In this document: one piece after another, positions 1-13,000 of the stretch | Numbering within the stretch: position 1 is the first letter of the stretch | Layout: the number at the start of each line of letters is the position of its first letter | NCBI RefSeq assembly: GCF_964204645.1 | Contig: NC_134033.1 | Location: forward strand, 578,131-642,130 | Reading direction: 5' to 3' | Length of the DNA: 64,000 nucleotides | Source of the DNA: Tubulanus polymorphus | Taxonomy: Eukaryota > Animalia > Nemertea | Position numbers and translations under genes: made by a program | The notes under the pieces: generated by a model | The model's database searches: none | What the model was told of the DNA's origin: nothing | The model's input: the letters and a program-made list of their open reading frames with translations, nothing else

Positions 1-1485
1 CTGCCAAAAAAGTCTTTGTTTCATAATATATATACTTCGCACAGTCGTGCAAACTTTTCGAAATTGCTACGATTTATGTTTTTCGCGAATTTATAGAAAT
101 TCGATTCGAAAATCATAAACGTCTTTAAGTTTGAGTATTTTCAATTATTTTGATGTTTATATTAGTTCTTTCATCGTACAGTGAAATTTAAGACGTCCGT
201 TGGTTCATAAAGGTACCTATATTGATATTCATCAGTGGTGGCTGCCTTGTGGCTATATTTGTTGCATTTTATTCAAGGTTCATTTAAATATTTATAAAGA
301 TTTTTTTGTCTGGAATCAATTTTTTGGGGGATATTTCGCTAAATATTTTTGATACATATATTCATAAGACCTTAATCTTTTGAACACATATCTTAATCTG
401 GTCTTAATACGACCAGTAAAACTGGTGCATTCTCGATCTAAACCTTATATCCATTTTACACTTTATCAAAGGATTGCTTAAAAGTCTTCTTTAATTCGAA
501 TCAGAGAAAAGAGACTCCATTTTATGAACTAAATCAATTTTTTAACAATATGTGTCTACGTGCATTCCTACCATTTAAAAATCATCTTAAATCATGGCCC
601 GTGTGCATGGAAACACGGGATACATATTGTTAGAATTTAGAAAATGGCTGATCTTTTCTCTTTCGAAGGCTTATTGGCAATGTTTCAATAAAATGAAAAA
701 TGGATATAAAATCGATGGTTTATTGAGACTGCAAAGTTCCACTGGTCGTATTGGGACTAGATAGAGACATGTGTTGAAAAAATGAAGTGAAGTATCACAA
801 ACAAAAATAAATGGACTTTACTATTGAAAATAAGATTTTTAAAGCTGCCTTGCGGCTATATTTATTTGAATACTATCGAGGTACGTTTATCCTTGAAATA
901 AAGTTAAAAAAGTCTCACAGCTTTCATAGATAGATATTCATTTCTCGTAAACCGTTCATACAATATTGTATTTCATTTTGTCAAGGAACATATACATATA
1001 TAGATATCTTACTAGTCATAATACAAACAGACGTAGCTGCCTCGCGGTTATTTTTATTTCATTCTTATCGAGGGTCGTGTCTTAACGTATTTTGAATAGT
1101 AGTCGAAGTAAAAAAGGGGAATTCGAATTTTTTTTGTCGCCAAATAAACTACGCATTAAGAATATAAGCGGCGTATATCGCGTGAACATAACGAACTGAC
1201 AAGAACCATTTACACCTTGATCTATCTATTTTACAACAGATGATAGACGCAGCTTGCGCGTCACGTGATCTGCGTCGTCATTCGTCGCAGGCTGCGCCAC
1301 GTGTTGGTTATAATAAGCCTTGTTCGACTGGCGACGATGCGACTGAGCGGTTCCTGGATCCAGTTACACAGTTCTGGGCCCAGATTTAAAAAAAAAGGAT
1401 TAAGGCCTAAATCGATTTAAGATAAATTGAACTAACGAAGGAATTAAATCGATTTAAGAGTTAAACTTTTTTGTGAAACTGGGCC

Positions 1486-1795
1486 CTGAGTTAAGATTTG
1501 ACTTTAAGCTCTATAAAACTCTAACTCACAACTGTGGAACTGGGTCCTGGGTTAAGATTTGACTTTAAACTCTATAAAACTCTAACTCACAACTGTGGAA
1601 CTGGGTCCTGGGTTAAGATTTGACTTTAAACTCTATAAAACTCTAACTCACAACTGTGGAACTGGGTCCTGGGTTAAGATTTGACTTTAAACTCTATAAA
1701 ACTCTAACTCACAACTGTGGAACTGGGTCCTGGGTTAAGATTTGACTTTAAGCTCTATAAAACTCTAGCTCACAACTGTGGAACTGGGTCCTGGG
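1486..1795. repeat. 61-bp tandem repeat x5, derived from the right end of the family-B MITE
   Basis: The unit ctgggttaagatttgactttaaactctataaaactctaactcacaactgtggaactgggtc recurs with a 61-bp period (gttaag at 1490, 1551, 1612, 1673, 1734). Its end matches the TIR of the element at 2761-2870. Confidence 0.9.
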
Positions 1796-2760
1796 TCACT
1801 CCTCTAGTTATACATGTAGAGACGAGTTATCAGGTTTACACAGATCGTTCATCCAAACGTTAAGTCTGGCTTCGATTAAGTACGCTTATTGTTCTCGTCG
1901 CGGGGTACATTATAGCCTGTTCCACAGTTATATACGAGTCAAAGTTTACTGTCATTTCTCAAATATATAGATTGAAAAATTTATCTTGGAATAATTACTT
2001 TATTCAGTCTCACTACAAAGACTTCTCCTAATTTTGTAAATGCCAACCTGCACACTCCCCTTGCCCCCTTTTTTGGTATAATATTGTAACTTTATAGGTT
2101 ATGTCCGTCATGTGCATTTTGTTATTTTTTGTAAATTTACCCTAAAATGTGCATGCGTGCGCGGTGGAAAATCATTTTGTTACGTATATAATTTCATAAC
2201 GGTAATAAACTTATACTTAAAAAAATATAATAACCGAAAGATCGTCGAACTATATCCAGCGGACCCATCACACTCATTACTTTGGTTAATTAGTCGCAGT
2301 TATGTGTGCGGTAGTTTGTTACGCGTACTATCAACGTTTATATTGGACTGGTTGCCTGTTCCATTCTAATTGAAGATAGAGAGCGGTAACCAGTCTACGT
2401 TTAGTTGAACTAGTCGTATCCTGTCTCACACACGTCGTGCCTTATAGAATAGTTTTTAGCGTTATACTGAATTTTTAATAAATCTCAATTTGTCAGTAAT
2501 TCCAAACCGTTCGTTCTTTTTATGATTGTAAAGGTTCGAGACTCTTCTCATTCCTTAAGCCTAACAGTAGCTTTACGTTATTCTTGCGATGTGAGATCGA
2601 CAGAATCAAGATGGATTTACACTCGGTCCAAGCTGGAAAACTGTGCATTTAAGCCCAGGGATTTTGTGTTGGAGATATATTTGCATTGGGAATGTTGTTC
2701 ATTTATGTAGGTTTCCCTGTGAGATTCAAAGAGTAAACAATTAACGATGTCAAAAAACCA

Positions 2761-2870
2761 GGACCCAGTTCCACAGTTGTGAGTTAGAGTTAACTCTGAG
2801 TTAAAGTTAGTTCATTTTCAATGAGTAAACCCAGAGCCAAATCTCAACTCACAACTGTGGAACTGGACCC
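2761..2870. mobile_element. MITE family B (~110 bp, PIF/Harbinger-like TIRs)
   Basis: TIRs ggacccagttccacagttgtgagtt / aactcacaactgtggaactggaccc. Related copies lie at ~12442-12543, ~22496-22581, ~28512-28607 and 29052-29293. Confidence 0.75.
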
Positions 2871-3662
2871 TGTCCAACAGTTCTGGACCTGGTTCCACAT
2901 TTCTCGATTACAAAATCTGACAACATTGGAAATGAGCTAGTGTCAATACTAGTATAGGAGATGATGCTGGCAAAGAGTCACACTTGATGGACAGCTGTGG
3001 AGCTGGGTTTAATGGCAGGAACTAATTATAAGTGCAAATCCAACGCTTAACTGTGGGACTTGGATGTGGAGCTGGGTCTTTGATGAATACATCTTAATGT
3101 GCCTCGAACAATTCAAGTCAAAACGTTTTTGTAGTCACAAAGTGGATGAACTTATTCGTGTCTGAAATCTCAAATCTATAAGAATCTACTCCTCGGAAGC
3201 CTTGTAAGCAATGAAGACATTTCTTCCCTTAAATGCGACGGAATTTGAAAACCTCTGGATGTGATCACCTTTAGACTTCATGATGGTAAGAACTACTACG
3301 CCATACGTAATGTTAAAAATGATTTTTATTTGGGGGAAAATAAAACTACAAATACAAAAATGTTCGTTTTGTTAAGTAAGGTATTAACCCCATAAATATG
3401 CTCGTCATGGCACACAGCTGAAAGTATACAAAAAGAGATACGACTGCGTTAGATATCTACAAATTCATACGTTCTAATGAGTTTGAGTTTGAGTGACTCT
3501 CTACGACCAGGCCAAGTCTCCTATAAACCTGACTGGCCGTATACTGTCACCGAGAAGGACACAATCCCAATGGAAGTATTCTAGTTGACGTCGTTGATGG
3601 AAGATTATTAAATTACTGTTGTATTGAATGAAGTGATTTATAAAGTACCTGTAAGGGGTGAT

Positions 3663-4684
3663 CTAACGACCGTATGCTCCGTGGTTGGTACCACCGTACG
3701 ATCCACCTCCACTGCCTTGTCCACCACCTGCAGAGCTTTGACCTCCGGTATAACCTCCTTGTTTTTGAGTTTGCGAGGTTCCTCCCATGGCGTAGTTGTT
3801 TTGACTTCCGCCTCCGACTGAGTGACCGTGAGATCCGTGAGATTGACCACCGCCTCCGGCACCGTAAGCTTTATTGCCGGCATAAGCGTTTTGGTCGACG
3901 TATCCTCCTTTGGTGGCGATGGATCCTTGGCTTCCCCAACCGGTATCAGAAGTCTTGTGGTATCCTCCGCTTGATCCCTGACCGTTCATAGCGCCGTAAC
4001 CTTGACGGTTTTTGTTGCCAGCCATAGCACCGTGCGATTGAACTCCTCCGTAGTTACTCTGAGCACCAGTGGCACCGCCTTGATTGTAGGTATTTTGGGC
4101 TTTGTTTCCTACGCCGCCATATTGGCTTTGGGCGGCAGCGCCGTTATAAGCTCCACCTCCACTGTTCTGGTAGCCGCCGTGTCCGCCTTGGCCTCCGTAG
4201 GTACCTCCATGAGCACCACCTCCTACACCACCGCCAGGAGCGTAAGAATAGGTACCTGGGTAACCAGCATTACCAGCATAGCCACCTCCGTAGCCGGCAC
4301 CTCCATAGCCTCCTCCTCCATAACCTCCCATTCCGTAACCTCCTTGTCCGTAGCCAGCACCTCCGTAACCGGCACCTCCATAGCCTCCACCTCCATAGCC
4401 TCCTCCTCCATAACCGGCACCTCCGTAGCCGCCACCTCCATAACGACCTCCGTAGCCACCCATTCCGTAGCCTCCTTGGCCGTAACCTCCCATGCCGTAA
4501 CCTGTTCGTCCATAGCAAAAAAAAAACATCAACATTAATACGATGGATTCAATTCGTCGATCAGAGATATGAAAGGCGTGGCCTAAAATAACGGTTATCG
4601 GTTTGAACACTTACCGCCGCCGCCGCCGTAGTATCCGGCAGAGACTGAGGCCACAACTCCTAGCAGTATAAGAGCAAGTTTCAT
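3663..4684 (-). CDS. Secreted glycine/tyrosine-rich low-complexity structural protein (~302 aa)
   Basis: Coding exons are 4684-4615 (MKLALILLGVVASVSAGYYGGGG, signal peptide; donor GTAAGT, phase 1) and 4501-3663 (acceptor after a T-tract, in phase; GGY/GGGGY repeats; ends ...NHGAYGR*). A non-coding exon 1 ends at 5151 (donor GTAAGT) and splices to the acceptor at 4693. Confidence 0.88.
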
Positions 4685-4777
4685 GTCGAATATCTGAAAT
4701 ATACAAATAAGGGCAATGTATTCAGTAAGACTTTGTTCCTTAAACTCGGGACTGGTCCAAACAACATCCCGAAACAA

Positions 4778-4953
4778 TTACTAAGTATTTGACACCAACT
4801 CGGTGTAGAATTTTACCGGTCTCAACTTAACCGCAGTAAGAGACAGAGTCTACTGTATTTCACTAACTCTTACTCAGTATTTGACACCAACTCGGGGTAG
4901 AATTTTACCAGTCTCAAATTTACCACGGTAAGAGACAGAATCTACTGTATTTC
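4778..4953. repeat. 92-bp minisatellite, ~2 copies, in intron 1 of the Gly-rich gene
   Basis: Same unit as the array at 5866-6332. Confidence 0.85.
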
Positions 4954-5211
4954 TCAAACCCGATCCTTCAGTTCTTCAGAATTATTTTCAACTCAGAATT
5001 AGAACAAGTTGATCTCCAATGTCCAAGAACTGCGCGACCGGTTCCGATATTTGACCAGTCTTTACCCCTGTGAGCTTATGCCGTATACCAAGTAATAGTT
5101 AAAAATGTTTAAGTGCGTTTAAAACTCTGCAAACACCGCCAGTTACTTACCTTGAGCTTTGCTATATCTCTCAAGACCCACAAACTATAGAATTGAGATA
5201 CTACCAGGAGT

Positions 5212-5219
5212 ATTTATAG
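5212..5219 (-). promoter_or_regulatory. TATA box of the Gly/Tyr-rich gene
   Basis: CTATAAATA on the minus strand, ~60 nt upstream of the exon-1 donor at 5150. Confidence 0.6.
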
Positions 5220-5865
5220 GCCAGCATATCAACAGGATTAATTACACTTGCCTACGCTTGGGAGCAGATAACTGTCACCGGCTATTGTAAACATGTCCCA
5301 AACGTCATTTATTTACGCCCTATAACGTGACTAAAGTCACAAGCTGGCGTCCAATGTCACACCTGATGGTCCGCGTGTTACCTGCCTGCCTCCTTGTTCG
5401 AGGGAAAAATTAATCATAAAAATTATAGGCTTTGTATAAACGTGACCTTCTTATCGCTTTTGAAAAATCGGGGGGAAAAGGGGTCACTGTATAAAAACCA
5501 ATTAGTGGACGAAATTCAATTTAGAATTAAACCCCCTGCAAATGTGACAATGAATTTTTAGTTCAGTTTAACTAGAATTCTACTCCGATTCCTAACGTCA
5601 GCGTGTGTGTGATTCTTGGCCAGTTTAGAAATGGCAGCTTTTATTCTTCAATGCTGCACAATCATGCATCTGCATATCTTCCAATCCAATTCATGAATTA
5701 TCATTAGATATTTGTGGCAAATCTAACTCCCAACAACCAAAGTTACTGAAACACAACACAACACAACACGACACAACAGCGAACCGACCCTATGAAATAA
5801 TGACGGGATATTACGCAAGGTGGCGCTTGTATGTTAAATTTTCCAGTCTCCCACTTTCAAGGCAG

Positions 5866-6332
5866 AGTCTACCGTACTATTTGACACCAACTCTGGTAGG
5901 AATTTTACCGGTCTCAACTTTACCGCAGTAAGAGACAGAGTCTACTGTATTTCACTAACTCTTACTCAGTATTTGACACCAACTCTGGTAGGAATTTTAC
6001 CGGTCTCAACTTAACCGCAGTAAGAGACAGAGTCTACTGTATTTCACTAACTCTTACTCAGTATTTGACACCAACTCGGGGTAGAATTTTACCGGTCTCA
6101 ACTTTACCGCAGTAAGAGACAGAGTCTACTGTATTTCACAAACTCTTACTCAGTGTTTGACACCAACTCGGGGTAGAATTTTACCGGTCTCAACTTTACC
6201 GCAGTAAGAGACAGAGTCTACTGTATTTCAGTAACTCTTACTCAGTATTTGACACCAACTCGGGGTAGAATTTTACCGGTCTCAACTTAACCGCAGTAAG
6301 AGACAGAGTCTACTGTATTTCACCAAACTCTT
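5866..6332. repeat. 92-bp tandem repeat x5 with internal hairpin
   Basis: cttactcagtatttgacaccaactcggggtagaattttaccggtctcaactttaccgcagtaagagacagagtctactgtatttcactaact recurs at 5961, 6053, 6145 and 6237. Confidence 0.92.
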
Positions 6333-7618
6333 ATCAACGTATAAACTTCGTCGTTATCGAAATTCGTCTTCAAATCTCGTACTGGAATCAAACAAAGTCT
6401 GTACCAACAAAGAACATTTAGGTCTCATTAAGCAAGAATTGTACGAACTAATTTTACGGGACGCGTTATTTTTATTGTTCACTAATTGTAAACGCTTATT
6501 CTCAGAGCTACAATTTGAATGGCGTTTCCGGATGAACGTAATGGCCTGTTGGACGCGGTGATGTCTACTGATTGCGCTCGGGTTCGAATCCCGCCGGGAA
6601 CCGATTTTATCGAAGCGTCCATTTCTCGTCGACCAATTAGTAAAATGTGATCTTAACGAGAAAGGGACCGCGTGAAGAAAAATCGGACTGTTTGTTATCC
6701 AGATTCGAATGGTCGGATTCTTTGTCCAGATTTTAAACGTTTTTTACGGTCATTATTTCACACAGTCGAAGAATATGTTCGTCTGTTTTTGCTTCCTTGA
6801 TCCAGAGTCAACATTGAAACCTACACATCTGAATGTTGATGACTCACATGAACACGTACGGGCCGACTAATCGTTAAAATACTCTCGTCTGGCCTGTATT
6901 TAACTATAGTCCGCCGCTGCCTCTCTCTCTCTCACTCTCTCTCTCACTCTCAATGCTGGTTCGGTTTATCAGTTTTAAGTGTTAGACATGTCAGCGATTA
7001 TTAATGACATTCAATTTACTGATCATGTTTCTATATGCGCGCAGACTATGGTGCGGGTGCAAGAGAAGGAACCGAGCCCCTCGCATTCTATACACCTTAT
7101 ACATATACATCATTATACCTTCAATCTCGACGGGGGCTAACTCCATTCAACAAGAGAGACATATATAATCGATATACAATAATTTCAACTGTTTTCTGGA
7201 TATTTTGATTAATTTGGGTGAGTTTTGTAGAGTTCCGGACCCAGTTCTGCAGTTTTATCGGTTCGATCCTTCATATTCAATATATTTTCAACTGATTAGT
7301 AAATTCTTTCAACAGAGAATTGTCGAACTGCAGTAAACTGTCGAACTGCAGGTCCTCCTGTGAGTTACTTGTTTACGTTTCAACGAATTCAATTGATTTA
7401 AAGCGTAATTGGTTTTGATTTTAATAAAAGATCTTATAAGCTATTGAAAATGAAATTATATCCAATTCAACCTGATAAGAAACTGTTTAGGATCAGAGAA
7501 TGATAGCGGGTGTTGTTAGTGAATAGAGTCACCACACCTGACTGGTCACCAGTCACCACACCTGATTGGTCACTGGTCACCAGTCACCACACTGACCAGA
7601 CAAACTTCCAAACTCACT

Positions 7619-7780
7619 ACTGGTCTATGGTCTAGTGGTTAGCATGCTCGACTGGCATGCTGGAGGTCTGAGGGTCGAGTCCCAGCTAGGGTTAGGGTTA
7701 GCGACGAGCTAGGGCTAGGGTTAGCGACGAGCTAGGGTTAGGGTTATGGAGGCCGAGGGTCGAATCCTGTTAGGGTTATG
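7619..7780 (+). mobile_element. tRNA-derived SINE-like head followed by TTAGGG-like repeats
   Basis: A-box-like tggtctagtggttagc and B-box-like gggtcgagtccc at tRNA spacing, but the acceptor stem is poor. It is followed by (ct/tt)agggttagggtta repeats and a second B-box (gggtcgaatcc). Confidence 0.5.
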
Positions 7781-9566
7781 TGACCTGATGTCTGAGTTGG
7801 GGCTATTTTAAGGGCCTGGACAGCTACGGGTAGGGGCTATCTTTATCTTCTATTTATCCATTTTTGTTCGAGAATTTCCCCTATGAAATAAGAAACCTTT
7901 CAAGTTTCAAGTTTCGGTAAACGGGTCTGTGTATTTTTTCACTTTGCGATAGAACTCTTATTGGTGGAACTATGTGCAAGGAACTGGCTCCAATTTTACA
8001 ACTACAAAAATGTCACCGAAATTGGCCCAGACTGAAATCAGCTCGCAATTCATACAGAGTTCCCTTTCGATATTAATCTCAACCTATTGTAGGCGATATA
8101 CGGATCAGTAAAACTGTATACATTGATGTAGTAGTCGTTAGCAGTTGGTTTGGTTTTTTTTAAAATTCGGTAGACCACAAAAAATTTCTAATACGCTTAA
8201 TATTGACAAGTAGAAAGTTTCAAGCCGTTCCGCGAGTATGTTTTTGGTCAATGCGATCTCCGCGGCGCGTCGATAGTCGAAAAATATCAAAGAACGAAAT
8301 AACGGTTAAATAGCGGAAATAAAAAGCGAAATACATCGAAATAAAAACTTCCAAAGAATAACTGAAAAACCGATTCTTTTTGATGCGAAGTTCCATAACA
8401 CGGTTTCGACCACTTCTCAAAGAGTTCGGAACAAACTGTTAACAGATTCGCCCTGAAATTTTACGCATATATCTCCCTTTTGTAAAGAGAGTCTAACGAC
8501 CGGCGAAGAGAGAACGCGCCGAAATCAAAAATCGCGATCGGGCAACAACGCTTTAGAAATAAATGTCGGTTCTTTGTAGAGAGACAAGCCGCCCTATACA
8601 TTACATATCCATACATACTCACACACACCGAGAACAACACGCGTCATCGGTTAGAGAAATTCCTTATAAATTTTATTCGGCGCTTGTTGTTTTTTCTTTT
8701 TGCCAAGACATGTCGGGAGTTTTTAGCGAATCTTTTGATGCGGCATCGGTTAGACAATAGTTTGACCGATGTTAATCGGTGTCGAATGGCTCCTCGATCG
8801 ATCTCACCGCGCGCGCGAGGGTTTCTCAACCCGTAAACACGCATCTGTGATATATGGATTAACTTTTATTACCCCGCTATTACAAACGAGCTTCCGCGAG
8901 ATGCCGGTAAAGAAATAACATCAAAGCGGGCATTTCAGGAAAAAAGCGGCACTTTCTCTCTCTTCGTTCGAGCAAAGATTACCGGAGCAAAAAGATATCT
9001 CAATTTATTCTGTTTTCTCAATGATTTATAGTAAGGATTTAGTCGGGATGTTTTTGTACTTGTAGGAACGCGTGGACGGTTCAGTCTTCAGTCGGTTGGT
9101 GATCGCTTCAAGTCGCAGTCTCTCTGCTCTGCGTCTGCTCTGTTTCTTTCCTCATGTCGTTGGTCTAGTCTCGATTCGAGTATCGGAAACTCAGGAAATC
9201 GCGCTCAAACATCCGGTGAAATCTACTCGACAATTTGCTGCTGTAGTCGTACTGGTAAAAACAGGTAAAACTCGCGGTGAAATTTGATCGAAAACTAGTC
9301 GAAAACGATTTAGAAAATAACCTATAATCATCAGGAGATTTTCTTACGAACTCTCCATAAATTCGTTACTCGCGGAAACTCGCGAACGAGAAGGATATAA
9401 ATGATGCTCGCATGACGATATTCTACCGAACTCACAACTCAGACTACAGCGTTAAAATCCGAACCACCCGCGACCGACCCCGCGCCGGTCAAAATAATCA
9501 TAAAACTTGGATTAACTACACGAAAACGATCGGCACATTACAACCCGATTTTAATGGCTGGACGTA

Positions 9567-9625
9567 GCCAATTAGGTCCTGACTGCGAGGGTTATAAATC
9601 GAGCGCGTTGTAAGAGTCTCAGTTT
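9567..9625 (+). promoter_or_regulatory. Putative Wnt11 core promoter (CCAAT, TATA, Inr)
   Basis: gccaat at ~9567, TATAAA at 9594-9599 and Inr-like tcagtt at ~9620, within a CpG-rich region upstream of the Wnt11 ATG (10058). Confidence 0.5.
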
Positions 9626-10057
9626 TTATAGCTCTTCTCTCGGTCGGTTGTGTTTGGAGATTCCCGTGCGTTGGATTCACATCGTTTTACGGAAGTTTTG
9701 TCGCGGATAGAAGTTCCGCGCAGACGCCAGCTCGCTCCTTCACTCTCACTCACAACGCGTTTCCTACCTCGCCTAATTTCGCTTTAACTGTATCTGTTTC
9801 ACCGGTCGGTCGAAAAAGTGACATCGTTCGGATTATTATCAGAGAATATTTGCGTCGGTTGTTTTTTGTTAACGAATTCGATTTATTTCCGGATATTGTT
9901 GTTTTCTAAGCGACAATGAAAGAGGAGTTGAATCTATGGATGTTTCTAACAACTCGGAACTGATATAAACTAATAAAACAACTCGCGCGAAACTGAACGG
10001 ATTTTAACACGAGATCAAACCCGGAATTTTTAACTGGACCAATTTATAGGATAGAAA

Positions 10058-13000
10058 ATGGTTTACTGTAGAATTATAGCAGCGACTTTAGTCTTATTCA
10101 ATTTATTCTGTCAAGAAGTCGACAGTATAAAATGGCTGTAAGTATCAGAATATAGAAAATCTAGTCATCTGACCCGGTTCTACTGTAGAATTGGGTTTAA
10201 TTTGAACCAAAGCTAATTCCTTACGTACTTTTGGGTGATTTTTCTTTTGCCCTAAAGCCAGTTCCACATGTGTGTGGGTTTGGTATAACTTCGAGCCCAG
10301 AACCGCAGTTAGTCGTGTGGGTTTAATTCGACTCTGAACCTAGTTCCACAGTTGGGTGGGTCTAATTTGACTTTGGACTCAGTTCCACAGTTGTGGGGGT
10401 TTTATTTGCCTACCAGCCCAATTCCACAGTTATGTAGGTTTAATTTGACTCTGGGCCCAGTTCTACAGTTGTAGGGGTTTAAATTTTGACTGTGGACCCA
10501 GTTCCACGGTTATACGAAGGTTCAATTTGACTCTGGTTCAACAGTTACAAAGAGAAATGACAGACTACTGAATAGTAGCGATCGACTACATATATCTGAT
10601 AGTATTCAGTATCATATTGCTTCAAATCCTGCCTTTAAACAATGTTAATTAATTGTTTATTCGTAACGAGACGACATCAGACAAACAATACATCACAAAT
10701 TAATCCAAAAACTTCAAATCACATTAACTTTTATTGAATCAAACGCCAACATCGAAAATCGAAAAATGTTACTGCAACCAAAGCGAGATTATCTCAGCGT
10801 CTAAATATCTAATTTGACGACTGAAATTAGATATTTTTGCGAGATTAATTTTTCCTGAAGATGAATTATTTCCAATGATTCATGAATTCTATGACGTTCT
10901 GAGTCTCCCTCGCGAAGCCACGTGGTATCGTAGATATTTTAATGGCTCCTGTTTCTGTGAAATGTTTGAATTCCTTGTCACTTACGTAAAGCATTTTACA
11001 CGTGGGAAAATTCAGAAATATGATTTTATCAATGCTTATAATTGGCAGGCAAAAATAGAGATGACTTCAGTAATGTGAGGCGTTATAGATTCAAGCGCCG
11101 AAAATTCAAGTTACCCGATGACCAGTTAGTTACCTATCAAATATGTCTAAAATCGGAGACAAACGGTTTCCATAAAGATAACATTTAAACTTTGAAATGA
11201 AGTTTTAACTGATTTTCTCAGATTTTTATTGTTATATTCTGTCTGATATAGGTCTAGTTGTTTCGGGGGATTTAATGATTTCGACAGTTTGAGTGTCGAC
11301 TGACGCCTCGCTGTTGACTTACGTCGACAAGTTGACAAATTATTTATTTAACGTTCATTTGTCAAACTTTGACAGAAGACATTTGTATCGCACATGAAAA
11401 CGTGTTCGCGTCATTTGTCTCCCTTCAATCTATCCATATCTATTAAACGAATTTATCTAAATGAATACAAGTTACAACGATTTGAAACGTAGCATAATTT
11501 ATTCAGGTATTCAAAAGTAATCGAAGTTCAAATTCAGATATTTTCGAATCGAGTCACATTAACCCAACACCAGTTCCGTCTCTGATCCAACCTAAGAATC
11601 CCACAGTAATAACAGAAACAGGCGAAAAGTTCCGCTTGTAGCCATTGTCACTAGGTTTCGATCATGAGATTAAGAATATATCTTATTTCTTGGTTTTCAT
11701 GGACGAGTGACTCAAGTCCAGTTCAGTTGACGAATAAAACCCGCGACCAAAGAAAGACTGTGCAAGAAATTCGATTTATCGAGTAAAATGCTAACAGAGC
11801 CATTTTCAACAGCTTTTTTTCACAATTAGAAATGGCTCATAGCATTTCAGTTGAAACTTCAGTTAAAAAATCTTCATACACTTTTTCCATGTTCGTTGGT
11901 TTTATTGTTGGGCCAGTGATACATTAAGCCAATACTTTATTGCACTTGAAATAAAATGCACGGACGTGTTTACAAATGAATGCAATTCCTTAATTCTTGA
12001 AAACTAGTAAACAAATAGTGGAAACGACACTGCCCTGGACGGTGAGCCAGGCACTGGCTCGAATTTCAAATCATAATTTTCTCGCTTAAGTTTATTAAGT
12101 TCCTCTTGGGTTTTCTCGTATAAAGAATCTACACGTCTCCCGGCGACGACGTGAACGAGGGCAATAAAGCAATAAAACGTAGTAACGTGTCTGCTGCTAG
12201 TGCACTGGCGGGAACTGGTCAGTTTGTCTGGCCGTAAAGTAATAAAACTCGTGAACCGAACACAGAGAGGGCTGGGCAGTGAAAACCATTATATCTCAAT
12301 CAGCCGCTAACTACAACTTAAACAGAAATAAACGAAAGTTTTATTAGCGATCTTTCAATTAGCATCGATTCGATAGTTTTTGTAAAATCTAATCTGATCT
12401 TGTACGTATGTGACGTCATAGTCAGTTTTGCTAACCGGTGCTGGACCCAGTTCCACAAAAAAAATTTGACTCAATTTGAGAGATGAACTACATTTTACTA
12501 CGACTTAAATCTTAACACACGACAACAGTGGAACTAGATCCAGGGGCTTACAATTCTTTTTTTTTTGGGGGGGGGGGGGGGGGTCTGTCGTGTACGTGTG
12601 GTCACGTGGAAAAAAGAACATCGCTAGGGAAACGCTAATAAAATATTCGAATCAATCTACCAATCACAGCGACGACCGTTGCGTCACATTTACATATATT
12701 CAAATTTTATTGATTTTGCATAACACTGTATCCGCCCGTATATAGACCGAATTTCGTTTTTGAATATTTTCAGCGCTCTCGCTAAAAGCCGGCAGCGACA
12801 CTGGAACCAAACGGTGCACTGTATCCGGTCACGTGCCGATGGACTGGTCGCCGGTCAGGTGAGGATTTGTAAGAAGAATCTGGATATAATGCACGCGGTT
12901 CACGAGGCTTCGGCTCAAACTCATATTCAGTGCATGCGGTTATTCGCTGATCGCAGATGGAATTGTTCGTCGATTCAACAAGCGCCTAACTACACTCCCG

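Noticed and set aside
230-1075. Recurrent gctgcct.gcgg.tatattt motif with inverted segments
   Set aside because: Probably a decayed DNA-transposon remnant; its ends and TSD could not be defined.
3624-4538. Several overlapping ORFs (Ser/Thr-rich, Arg/Trp-rich, Glu/Val-rich)
   Set aside because: Shadow frames of the low-complexity Gly-rich CDS; they have no independent splice or start context.
5866-6332. Possible hammerhead in the 92-bp repeat (minus strand CUGAGUA...GAAA)
   Set aside because: G8 is replaced by U without compensation, and there is no convincing helix II or III.
7619-7692. Functional tRNA gene
   Set aside because: The acceptor and anticodon stems pair poorly and the T-loop is altered; treated as a SINE-like or pseudo-tRNA sequence.
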